NCBI RefSeq assembly: GCF_001447785.1
Contig: NW_015174315.1
Location: 82,970-146,969 of the forward strand
Reading direction: 5' to 3'
Length of the DNA: 64,000 nt
From: Gekko japonicus
Taxonomy: Eukaryota
Below, piece by piece: positions 49,122 to 60,132 of this stretch. Made by a program: the position numbers and the translations under genes. How positions within the stretch are numbered: position 1 is the first letter of the stretch; every line of letters starts with the position of its first letter. A model generated the notes under the pieces. That model saw only the letters and a list, made by a program, of their open reading frames with translations. It did no database searches and was not told the DNA's origin.

Positions 49122-49465
49122 CTGAACCAAAAGGAGAAAGTGGACAAGACGAAGAAAGAAGTGAGGGAACAAGAAAGCTCAGATCTGTAAGGTCTCGAAC
49201 TCTATAGTTAGGATTCAACCTCACTGGGAGATGAGAATTTAAAGGGATTATGCTTTATTTGATTTGCATAATGACTTAGTCCCCATTTGATCTATCTGCC
49301 ACATTTGTTGATATTACCCTGGCATCACCCTACAGATTTTCATTATTATTTCTGTAAAGGGATGTATGTTGAAAAGAGGATTCAGAGTACACATCCCTCT
49401 CAAAAACACGGAGAAACAACTACATCTCACCCAGTAACCCCACAGCACTTATATGATTCTGTCCA

Positions 49466-49639
49466 AACAGTAGACAACAGAAAATGATAAAAATAGTTTC
49501 TCCCATGCTAAATAGCCAGTAAATCAAGGAAAGCAATAAAGACATGGATAGCTAGATCCATATATTTATTGCATACATTGCTTTACTGGCTATTTAGCAT
49601 GGGAGAAACTGTTTTCATTGTGTTCTGTTGTCTACTGTT
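49466..49639. repeat. ~174-bp imperfect palindrome (6-nt loop)
   Basis: AGTTTCTCCCATGCTAAATAGCCAGTAAA pairs with TTTACTGGCTATTTAGCATGGGAGAAACT; AACAGTAGACAACAGAA pairs with TTCTGTTGTCTACTGTT. Confidence 0.9.
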
Positions 49640-50520
49640 GAATATGTTCCAAAGCCAGCTCAATGACAGCCAGAGTGGGATAGTAGTTAGGATGTCAGAC
49701 TGGGGAAACCTCAGTTAGTAAAAAGAGCGACAGCCCAATCATTTTCTGTGTAAGTCAAAGTGATCCTGTGTTCCAGCTTCACTGGTTACCGATTTCATTT
49801 CCAGGTCCAATTTACAGTGCTATTAAAGTTTTGAACAAAACTATTAAAGTTTTGAACAGTTTGGTTCCAGGACACCTGATGGATCACCTTCTCCAATAGG
49901 TTCCTAACTGGACTCCAAAGTCTTTGGGTGAGGCCAGCTACATGTGCTGTTGCCTATCATAGAAACTTGGTGCGTTGTGGCACACGAAAGTGCCTTGGTG
50001 ACAGCAGCAAGAGCATCAAGTACCCTCTGCAGGAAGACACGGCTGGCACCCTACTTTCTAGGATTTAGGAAGATGGTACAACTAAATGAACCAACCTGAT
50101 CCTGGCTGCTTGTGTGATATTTTAATGTGATCCTATCAGTTTCCCCCTTCCTTGTTGCTGGTATATTGTTTAGTTATTATTGATATTTTAAGATTATACT
50201 GTCAAAAAGCAGTATTTAAATGTTTCAATAAATTCATAAAGAATAAATCCAGGATCTACTATGATGCTCGCCGGAAAACTATTGAGCAGTCATCATCTCT
50301 TAGACTAAGCCTACCTCACAGGGTTGTTGTGAGGATAAAACAGGAGTGAGAGAACCTAGGCATGCCATCCTGCGCTCCTTAAAGGTGGTTTGGATTAGCA
50401 ATTAAATAAACCATAGGAAAATTTAAAAATAAGCAGATCCTCTACCTTCAGAAGCAGTCTGTTCCTGAAAACCAGACTGCCTTTCACCCTACCATGTGTT
50501 TCCAAAACACAAAAGGCTTG

Positions 50521-51221
50521 TGTGACGACCCCTTATCTGGGGAGGCCTGGTTTCACTTTAAAAGGGTTCTTTTTATTTTGTTCAACTGGGTAGGTTAGGC
50601 TGCCACCAGGAAATTTTAGGCTTTCCAAACCTTTATACTTTCTTTTGGCTATCACTAGATAGTTAGGTCGAGTTTTTAAGTCTCATGAGGGTCTATGTGT
50701 TTCCTGAGGAATTATTTCTTTCAGAGCTGGCAGACTTAAATAAAAGAAGATTTATTGAAACAGTTCATAAATAAAAGTGCAAAACAATGTAACCAGTAAT
50801 ATGAATAATTTTAACAATTTCGTTGTGTCTCACACAGGATCTGCTCCCTTTCTGACAGGGATTTTTCAAGTAACTTTGTAACTCATTACTCAGGGTCATA
50901 TACGTTTCCTATTTCACTCCAGTCTGTCACTCAGACTTTCATTTAACTTTTGTTTCCTTATACATTCAACTTTTCTTCATACACAGAACTTAACTCTTGT
51001 ATCACACAAAAGACTGTATCTCTCCCTCAGACCTCAGAACGAACTAACTTATCAACTGTCTTTATCAACTGTCAAACTTCTAACTGTCACTCCTGAAGGA
51101 CATACCCATTCATCCACTCAGAAACACTTTCTAAAACCCCTCCCCCTCTCTGTCAATCACACAGCCATACAACCAAACTTTTAAAGAGACACACACACAT
51201 ATAAAACAAGGAATAATTACA
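50521..51221 (-). mobile_element. Solo LTR (701 bp)
   Basis: TGT...ACA termini flanked by perfect 5-bp TSD GCTTG; minus-strand AATAAA at 50751-50756. Confidence 0.8.
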
Positions 51222-51269
51222 GCTTGTCTAGATGGATCTCTGACCAGACAATTCATACAATCACATCAC

Positions 51270-51494
51270 CTGTTTCTTAACACCATCAGTCTTACTGAGA
51301 CACCGAGGTACTCGTGGAGGTGGCAGTGGAGGGGGAGGAGGGGGAGGTGGTGGCGGTGGCGCAGGTGGCATCGAAGCTTGAGAATGCGAGGATGGTAACT
51401 CCACAAGGTGAAGAGGTGCTGGAGTGGAACGCTGGCACTGGCCGTCCTCCAATGTCTGGCAAGATGTTTTTTCTAAGGGAACAACAGTCTCCTT
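51270..51494 (-). CDS. PRR11: PRR11 coding exon 4 (proline-rich tract)
   Basis: aacag|AAGGAG...PPAPPPPPPPPPPPLPPP...KKQ|gtgatg; 225 nt. Confidence 0.9.
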
Positions 51495-52209
51495 CTGTTA
51501 AACACAAAAAGGGAGAGCAGACTGCACTTATACCGTGGGGGAGAAATCTTGTGATCAACCAGCTCAGCTTTCCTAGCCCACAGTGAGCAGACCTTACAGT
51601 TGGGCTGACAGCTCTTCTTCATGCAACTGGACTGAACCCCTCCCCTTCCTGGCTTTAGAAGCTTCCTATGAAATAATCAACACTTACTGACAACACCAAA
51701 GCAAGAATGATGAACATCTGTTTGTCTGTGGCAAGCAGAAGCGACCTCCAGGCAACCAAATCTTTACAAAAAGTCGGAGGTGTTAACTGCAAATGATTAA
51801 CACGACCCACAGGGATGTGTAACTTCTGAGGGGTCAAATCTGAAGAAGTTTTGAACTGCCTGTGAAAACTCTCTCATGGTTTAGTACGTTCGTAAAAGCT
51901 GGACAGAATCAAACCAAGGGAGCCTCAAGGGAATTACAGAGAGCGGATTATCTACTATGCAATGTAGCTGGAAACTGTCCATATATCTTGTCTTGTCATG
52001 CTTCCTTCCGTCTGGCTCCTATGGTATATAGCTGAACATGGAACAGCCACCTAGGTACCACATAAGCTTGCCTGGGAACCCAGCATAAGTGTCAGGATAA
52101 CAAAAGTGGCTGGATTTCTGTCCTGTACGAATAGCCTCCTTAAAATAGAAAGAAACCAAGGGATGCACGTGCGTTAGAAAACACAAAAACTTTGCCACAG
52201 GTGATTTAC

Positions 52210-52332
52210 CTGGACCATTGATTGTAGAGCAGCAAATTCTGTCTCTAGCTTTTCTAACCGTTCTCTAAGTGCGTTTAACTCTTGCAGGGATGCATGTGAT
52301 TGAAATACTGCGTTCCTGATGACTTGAAAAAA
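52210..52332 (-). CDS. PRR11: PRR11 coding exon 3 (FFQVIRNAVFQS..LEKLETEFAALQSMVQ); alternative in-frame acceptor at 52341
   Basis: Coiled-coil segment homologous to SLEVLKDTIFPS..LESKLCKLQEALK; CAG|gtaaat donor. Confidence 0.82.
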
Positions 52333-53163
52333 CTGGGGGAACTGCAGGAGAAAGAAAGAAAGCTGGTTTCCTCTAGAAATGGGGCACAAGACCAATGCAT
52401 ACCACAACTCCCTGCAACAAGAAACTGGAAATCATCTTCAGACCTTCTCTCACCGGTCTGAACTGCCCCATGTAGCATTTTAAACTCTGTAACGAATCAG
52501 GGCAATAGTTTTTTGGGGGAGGGGGGAACTAAAGATGTCTACTTATTTATCTAACTTACACTCCTACTTAAATGTTAAGTGGCTTACCTCATTCTTTTCT
52601 CCTCCATTTTATCCTTGCACAACAACCCTGTGAGGTAGGTTAGGTTGAGTCAGAGTGACTGCCCCAAGGTCACCTAGCAAGTTTCCACGGCATAAGTGGA
52701 GATTTGAATCTGGGTCTCTCAGATACTAGTCTGACACTCTTAACTACTACACCACACTGGCCCAGGTTCACTAGGAATTCATTGCTGGATCAAATGGCTT
52801 CTGAAGAAAGACTACTAAGACTTCCACACCTGCAGAATATTACACTTTCAATGTACTTTAGCGATTGTCTGCAAGTGAATCTTACCATTTGACACAGTAA
52901 AATCCAGTTGCAAAGTGCATAGAAAGTAGGTGAAAGCACCCTACGTTGCTGGCATAACATATATTTGAACGTGGCAGATCTCAGCTGTGCTGAGTGAAAA
53001 GCAAGACAAATAAGTCTCTGCCACTGAGTTAACAGCCCATCCAGGCTATAGAAAGCACTAATTCTTAATCACAAGTGTAATAGTACTGTTTGTAGGTGTG
53101 CTTACTTCAGCTGGAAACACATGAAAAATTTAGGGGATTTCAAAACCAACAACAAACTCTTAC

Positions 53164-53302
53164 CTGGATAACACTGTTCTGGCACCAGCAGTACCAACAG
53201 AGCACTGTTGTGACCAAAGGCCTCACTACTTTTGTTATGTTAGGAAGAGTCAAAGCCCAGGAACAAAAAGGCCTACTTTGGTTCAAGTCTGAAACTGGAA
53301 GC
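53164..53302 (-). CDS. PRR11: PRR11 coding exon 2 (LPVSDLNQSRPFCSW...WYCWCQNSVIQ)
   Basis: Homologous to ISQSRSW..FPNI..YSWCQNCITQ; ggcag| and CAG|gtaaga; 139 nt. Confidence 0.88.
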
Positions 53303-54982
53303 CTGCCAAAGACAGTGCCAAACAGAAATTTTAACATTACTTTGAATGCAATTTCACACCTGTTCTCTTAAAGCATATTTAAAATTAGAAACAGTTCTAT
53401 TCCAGAAGGAGTCCATGCGTATCCTTATTCTAGGAGCCAAAAGGTGAAGGTACAGTCTTACTCCCTTCCTAATTGTTTGTTCCCAAGTCTTACAGTGGTG
53501 GATCTAAGTCCTACAAAGACAGGGTTCAGACATCACAACTAACTGCGGCTTGAAGAAATCCCAGTCAGTTTCAGCATCAGTGTAAACAGTCCCAAGAAAG
53601 CCTGGTTAATTTGGCAGATAGGTACCAAACCAGGATTTCACATTAAAGTTTGTTAACTACAGCTTGTATCAGATGTCTTTTGCTGTGATGCCTGAGGTTT
53701 GCTGAATGGCACTACTGTTCGGTGCAATAGGGAGAACGTTCTCCTTACTAGAAGCTGCGGAGAAGGCAAGAATGAACTGGGACTTATGTACAAGACAGGA
53801 TTTGTTGGGTCACATTCTGATATCACAAAACCCGTTTGTCCATGACCGGCACAAGCACAGCTGGTTCTCACTCTTCCATGCCCCTTCCTGCCTCTGCACA
53901 TGGAACATCACTGAAGGCTTCCTGGTTCAGGGAGCCTTCAACGAAGTTCTGTTTGCTGGGCAGGTGCCTGGAGATGTCTGAGCTTGTTTCCTCCCACAAA
54001 CTGGGATGCAACTGAGGTTCAGAACCCCAATTTGCAAGGAGATAACGAAGTCCCATTGTTACAGGCGCCTGCCTGAGTCTGTTGAAGGTTCCCCAAAGCA
54101 AGAAGTTCCAACAGTGCTCTTACTATGGGCTTTTCTGCACACCTGACTTACTCCTGGTTTTCTTGGGAGTTGATCCACAAGCAGTGGAATTCGTTTGGGC
54201 TGGGTTCTGCTGCATGTCTGCCCACCCTCTGCATTTTCACAGATGTGGAGTTATTTTCTTCCTCAGCTGCCTTCAGCAGTGATGATTTCAAAGGAGGGTG
54301 CTGTTGTCATCAGTGGTGGCACAGCACCGCCCCAAAAGAAATTTTTTTGGGGAGAGAAGGGTGTGGTTTGACCACCAGTCATTGAAAAGCGGGCTGAAAG
54401 TGGGTAGGAGAGGGCGGGACAAAAAAAATTTGACAAAATATGACGCACGAGGAAAAAGGCAACTCAAAATCGGATTTCAGAAAAAGAACTGGGGGGATGG
54501 GAGAGGGGAAACAGCAAACTGAAAACTAAAGACACAAAAATGCATGCAGATATTGGGGATAAACCGTGGCAGTATGGGGCCAGAACCGAGGGGGGAAACC
54601 CACACAGAAAAGCATATAAAGGGTGTTGGAGGGAAGGAACAAGACAAGGAACTGTGCTTGTTTTCATCTTAGAAGTAAGGTCATGATGCCTAATGTATGT
54701 CTGATAGACTAGCCAGTGTTTGTTGTACAGATCCTGGCTTATTGCAAGACTTGAATGTCTCCAATAACTCCTGCTCAGCTCTGCCTGGGAGAGCAAAGAT
54801 CCTTAGCTAGAAAAGAAGTTTTACTTCAAACACAGCCTTCAAGCTAGAGACCATTCACAACGAGTAACAAATTACAAGGTGAGGTAAAACAGATCTCTCC
54901 AATTGTTATTCTGTCATTTGCCTAGCATAACTTTCTGAAAAATACATAAATACAAATGTTAAACAAGGCTGGGTCTACCTAC

Positions 54983-55092
54983 TTTGGAGGGAGAATGCTT
55001 GAGCACTGAGGCAGAGGGATACTTTCCTGCTTTTTAAACTTGATCCTCACACTGGCTCTTGGTTTTCTGCGTCGCTGTTTACACTTGGCCAT
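54983..55092 (-). CDS. PRR11: PRR11 first coding exon (MAKCKQRRRKPRASVRIKFKKQE...); exon acceptor at 55129; full CDS 343 aa
   Basis: Homologous to MPKFKQRRRKLKAK (basic NLS-like); AA|gtaggt donor; the nine exons sum to 1032 nt in frame. Confidence 0.88.
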
Positions 55093-56039
55093 TTCTCCCC
55101 CAACTTTAGGTGGAGGTTCATCAGGAAGCCTGCCATAAAATAATAAGTTCTGGTCAATCTTTTAAGCATATGAAGAAATACTTTCCCACAGTGTGTTTGA
55201 CAATAATCTATTGTAATGCATACGCTTCTGCCTTCCTATTTCAGCATATGTTACCCTTATATTTAAAAAATCCCATCTAGTTAGGATTAACTATCCACAG
55301 TAACATTTGGGGAGAGAAAGAGAGCTATTGCCCTTGTGTTGGTCACAGGCCCTGCAAAGAAGAAAATACTAGCAGCTAAAATATTTAAATAAGTGGAGAG
55401 AAACATTTCCCCAAGAGTCTAATATTTTAGCTGTTGTTACTGGGAACTGACTGAAAACCAGTTATGGGTTAAAACCAATGTATAAATATATATAGTTATA
55501 GCAAATAAACAATAAAACCTACTGATAAAAGGAACATTGTTTTTAAAGGAAAGAGTTGAGAAGAAAATAGCATATGGCTGAAAAAGGTGCAAGAAGGGCA
55601 GCCAAAATTATCAAACCGTTGGACCATCTTCCCTACAAAGAGAGAATAAAATAGCTGGGACTTTTTAGTCCAGAAAAAAAAGATAACCAAAGGGAAGGGC
55701 ACGATAGCAGAGCTCAGATAGCTGAGGAGGTTATGGGTGTCCGGACAGCCTCTGACAGCTGAGAGAGACCAGCCAAAAGGAGAATCAGTGGGAGCGACTA
55801 AAACACTCCCCAGAAGCTTGCTCTGCCTGCACTGAGGATGCCTCTTCAATGGAGTATAACACTGGCAAACATTTGTCATTGTAAACAACAATACACGTTT
55901 AATAAATGGGAAAAGGCATAACAATTAATCACTGAAGATCTACTCTACAGGATAGAAACATTCTCCACTGAAGCGGCAACCCTTAATCACTGCAGCTGAC
56001 AGGGCAAACCTAAGCAGATTTACACCCTTCTAAATCTAA

Positions 56040-56368
56040 ATTAAGATGCTGAACTGCAGGCTGTGGAAGGTCGGTAGTTCAGCAGTTCGAGACCCGAGTG
56101 TGCCGCATGACGAAGTGAGCTCCCGTCTTTAGTTCCACCTCCTGCCAACCTAGCAGTTCGAAAGCAAGAAATTGCAAGTAGATAAATAGGTACCACTTCA
56201 GTGGGAAGGCAACAGCGTTCCATGCGCCTTGGTGTTTAGTCGTGCCGGCCACACGACCACGGAAATCTCTTCGGACAGCGCTGGCTCTTCAGCTTTGAAA
56301 TGGAGATGAGCACCGCAACCCTAGAGTCGGATTCGACTAGCTTTCGAGCAAGGGAACCTTTACCTTTG
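56040..56368 (+). mobile_element. Sauria SINE
   Basis: Diagnostic core and ACCTTTACCTTT tail. Confidence 0.88.
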
Positions 56369-56650
56369 AATCCAATTCAACTTGCAAGCGGTAACAAACA
56401 ACACTCAGACCCAGACCCAGCTCCAGCAGAGAAAACTCTGGTGCATCCTTGCACTCTATTCTACCTGGCACTTACATGGGCTTCCGACTTCGGTGAGCTA
56501 ATCTGAAATCAGGTTTTGGCTTAGGGAGAGGAAAGCAAGGGAAATATAAGCAATAATCCTGTCTGCCTTCCTTTCCCCCGAGATCCACCACAGACCATGC
56601 CCTCCCCCTTTCCCCGTTACCTCTTAAAGTACAAAAAGGAAAGGATCATA

Positions 56651-56835
56651 ACAAAGTGTGAGTCCAGTGGCACCTTTAAGACCAACAAATTTTAACTCTG
56701 GGTATAAGTTGTCATCTGCATGCACACTTCTTCATGAAAGCTTATATCCAGAATTAGAGTTTGTTGGTCTTAAAGGTGTCGCTGGACTCAATCTTTGTTC
56801 TGCTGCTTCAGACCAACACGACTACCCACCTGAAT
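56651..56835. mobile_element. Penelope-like foldback fragment
   Basis: GAGTCCAGTGGCACCTTTAAGACCAACAAA pairs with TTTGTTGGTCTTAAAGGTGTCGCTGGACTC. Confidence 0.65.
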
Positions 56836-56899
56836 CTCCAAAGAGAATCCTCAGTCTTCCTGGCCCCAGCTGCATCTGCTCAGCATCTTCCCTTTACCA

Positions 56900-57530
56900 C
56901 ACCCAACAGTTCAAACTGAGATCCTGCTTCCTCTAGAGCCAATCATAGCCCGACAAGTGAGAAAACCAATCAAAGCACGCTTCTCTTTATTCCTTCGGAA
57001 AGAAGGGAGGACTTCAAATTATGTAATAAAACACATGATTGGTCGAATCTCAAGCTTATTAGCATTCCAACACGAAACGGCGGCCAATCAGCTCAAAAAG
57101 CTGGAAGGGGCGGGCCCTCTACAAAACAAGAGGAGAAGAAATGAGAACGAGCTCCTCAACGGCCAACCCGCCTTCAAAAAAGTGAAAAAGGGTAACCAAT
57201 AAAGATCCTCGCGCCGAGCCTAGCGACCAATAAACGAATAAAGCTCCGGCTTCAATCACAAGCCAAAGCTGCCCCGTTACCGACCAATCAGAGCGCAATA
57301 ATTCTCATCGGCACCGAATAGGCGCTTCCCTCTCATGTTTTGGAGTTGCCCTATCGTATTGTCCAATAGGCTCGGAGATGTCTTTGGGAAGACCAATCAG
57401 ACGGCGTTCCGAGTGACAGCTGACCAATCGGAAGCGTCGTCTCTTCCCCTTCTCAGTCTTCTATAAAGGCGGGGCCGGTTCGGCGAATAGGAGGTGGGCG
57501 TGTCGCTGCCTCAGGAGCGTCAACGATTTA
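56900..57530. promoter_or_regulatory. PRR11/SKA2 bidirectional promoter
   Basis: CCAAT at 56939, 56966, 57038 (rev), 57084, 57196, 57227, 57284, 57363, 57393, 57424; TTCAAA (CHR) at 56910, 57013, 57173; TATAAA 57462; GC boxes; CpG-rich. Confidence 0.85.
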
Positions 57531-57532
57531 AC

Positions 57533-57565
57533 ATGGAGGCGGCGGTTAACACTCTCGAGGCGATG
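57533..57565 (+). CDS. SKA2: SKA2 coding exon 1 (MEAAVNTLEAM); remainder beyond the right edge
   Basis: AACATGG Kozak, 33 nt, ATG|gtgagt donor; homologous to MEAEVDKLELM; head-to-head with PRR11 and miR-301 in the following intron. Confidence 0.9.
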
Positions 57566-59316
57566 GTGAGTGCCGGGAGCGCTGAAACGGAGCTGGACCG
57601 CAGTCCTTTTTGTAAAAGGCGGAGGGAAGAAACACCGCGCCGGTGAGGCGGGACCGACTAAAAAGCACAAAAAGGGGCGTCGGGAAAAGAGGAAAGAATG
57701 TGAAGGGACATTGCTTTTCTTTGGCTTAAACCATTTTTCACGCACGGAGGGGAGAATGAGACGATTGTGGTGGGCGAGTCCACTTTCTTTCTGAGGCGGG
57801 GGAGGCCAAGGAAAAGTGCAGAATTAGATGGTTTGGGGTGCTGTATTCTTTCCCACCTCACTGTCGGGGCGTGGCTAGTCCCGTGAGGGGGCGTGGTCTG
57901 CCGGGCTAGTCCATTTTCTCCAAGCCCCTTCTTTTGAGGAAGATATAGGTAGCTTCTTACAAAGGCATGGCGTGTTAGACTGGCCTGTTTCCCTTTTTTT
58001 CCTTATTTCAATGCAGGAATCCTGTTGGTCTGGTCTGTTTTCTTGGAAGATGTGCTGGAGAAAACAAAGGGAGAGAGGGCTTGGAAGTTAACCTGGATCA
58101 GTCCATTTTCCATTAGTGTAGGAGCCTAAAGAAGGGGATTATTATGTTGTGGATTGATCTACCCTTTAGGACAAAAAAATGACCATGCTGCTTAATGCTT
58201 GTAGTCATTGTTTCAGCTGGCCTGAAACGTTGGGCAGTGATCTTATCCAAACACCCATCAGGCTTTGGAACAACTGATTAGAGGGGACAGGTGTGTGTCT
58301 GCTTAAAGAATGTATTTTTTGAGGAAAAACACTTGTTGCTGTGTGTTGGCTAATGCATGTTGGGTAGGCGGATCTTGCTTTCCAGGGAGCTGCTGCCCTA
58401 TGCTGCTTTGGCTCTACCTGTGCCTATACCACAGCATCAGTAACTAGATAGCGGCAAAAACACTGTTAAGACGCTAGTGCACTTTTCTCAAGGCAGAAAA
58501 TGAACCCCTGGAACTTATTACTCCTTGGAAGCAGGGTATACACACCAATACTGACTTTGTTCCTTTATACCCTCTATTTTTCCCAATGCGGACCCAAAGT
58601 GGCTTGTGTTGGTCTCCTGTTGATCGTGTTATCCTCACCTGGAGGTAGGTTGGGCTGAGAGTATGTAACTGATTCACAATTGCCCAGGAAGTGGGGATTT
58701 GAAGCGGGGTCTTGCTGATCCTTTTCTGACACTCTTAACTCCTACTCCATGCTGCCTCTCAATAATAATCCAGAACTCCCTTCTTTTAAGGAAAACAGGC
58801 TTTCTCTGAGGAAAAAGCCTTTCTCTGGAGGAAGTTTGTTCATTTAACCTGCCTTTCTCCCCTGTGGGAGAACCCAAAGTGACTTACATCACTGTCCTCT
58901 CCTCCATTTTATTCTCACAACAGCCTTGTGAAGTAGTTTGGGCTGAGGGTGTGTGACCGGGTCACTCAGCAAGGTTCTAGGGCAGACAAGGATTTGAAGC
59001 TGGGTCTCCAGGATTCTAGTTGAACACGGCACCACACTGGTTTAATTTAGTGTAGGGGAGCTGATGGACAGAGGCCTGTGTTTGACGAATGATGTACCAC
59101 TTCTTTGCTTTGCGAGGCCAGCAGAGCTGTTTGCAACAATAAAGCCTGCAATGTTCTGTGAATGGGAATAAAAAAATGCAGTCAGGGTAACACTATCTAA
59201 GGTACGCGTGACTTATGTATAGGGGTTGACATGGTTAACACTATCTTATGTACAGGGGTTAACATGGGTGCAGTGTCCAACTCAATGTGTCCATTCTGGT
59301 CTTGTTCCAGTGGTGG

Positions 59317-59382
59317 NNNNNNNNNNNNNNNNNNNNNNNNNNNNNNNNNNNNNNNNNNNNNNNNNNNNNNNNNNNNNNNNNN
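59317..59382. other. Assembly gap (66 N)
   Basis: Run of N. Confidence 1.
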
Positions 59383-59925
59383 GTCCATTCCATGCTGGTA
59401 TTGAATTAAGCAAAAATGAGGGAGAACTAGTTTGGACCAGTTCAGGGTAAATCAGTTATATGCTGCTGGCCTGCTCTGTTTACTTCCTGTGTACGGAGGA
59501 TGCATTTGGAGAATACCTGAACCAATGCATTTACTTCAGTTGGCAAGGTCACTTTCTGTAGTGATCAGGATCATTGACACTGTTCACAGGCTTTAATAGT
59601 TCATAACGTGTATTAATTAGTTTATATACATGAGGCCTTACCTTGGCATACTGATTCTTCATGTTTTCCTCTCATTTAGGCGCCTGCAAAATGTTTGCAT
59701 CTGAAGAAATTCCTATTTGCTTTTTTCGAACTTCCTAGTTCTGGAAGAAGTAGATAGATTTCTTATGTATGCAGGTTTGTGCCAAAAGGTAAACAATGCT
59801 TTCTTGATATAACTTGCTTTAAATTTTTCCAGCCTAAGTTTTTTTTTTTAAATTTAGGTCTAAGTAACATATCATATTCCAGTTGTCACAATAGTCTTAA
59901 TCTGTGGGACAGCGGGTCCCCTAAG

Positions 59926-60132
59926 CAGTGTTCCCTCTAAGCTGAGTTAGTGTGAGTTAGCTCACAGTTTTTTAGCCTCCAGCTCACACATTTTTGTCTT
60001 AACACAGGAAGGGTGGCTTCAGAGCAAACTAATTTATGCAGTAGCCAAATTGCTTGCTCACAAACTTTAATGCCAGTAACTCACACAGTAGAATTTTTGC
60101 TCACAAGACTGCACAGCTTAGAGGGAGCATTG
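59926..60132. mobile_element. ~206-bp hAT MITE (opposite orientation)
   Basis: CAGTGTTCCCTCTAAGCTG TIR; TSD CCCCTAAG/CCCCTAAA. Confidence 0.88.

Noticed and set aside
56600-57300. PRR11 non-coding exon 1
   Set aside because: Two plausible donors (GTAACG near 56620 and 57280) cannot be distinguished without transcript data.
59188-59270. Short duplicated motifs (TAACACTATCT, TTATGTA..AGGGGTT) near the gap
   Set aside because: Close to an assembly gap; may be local misassembly.
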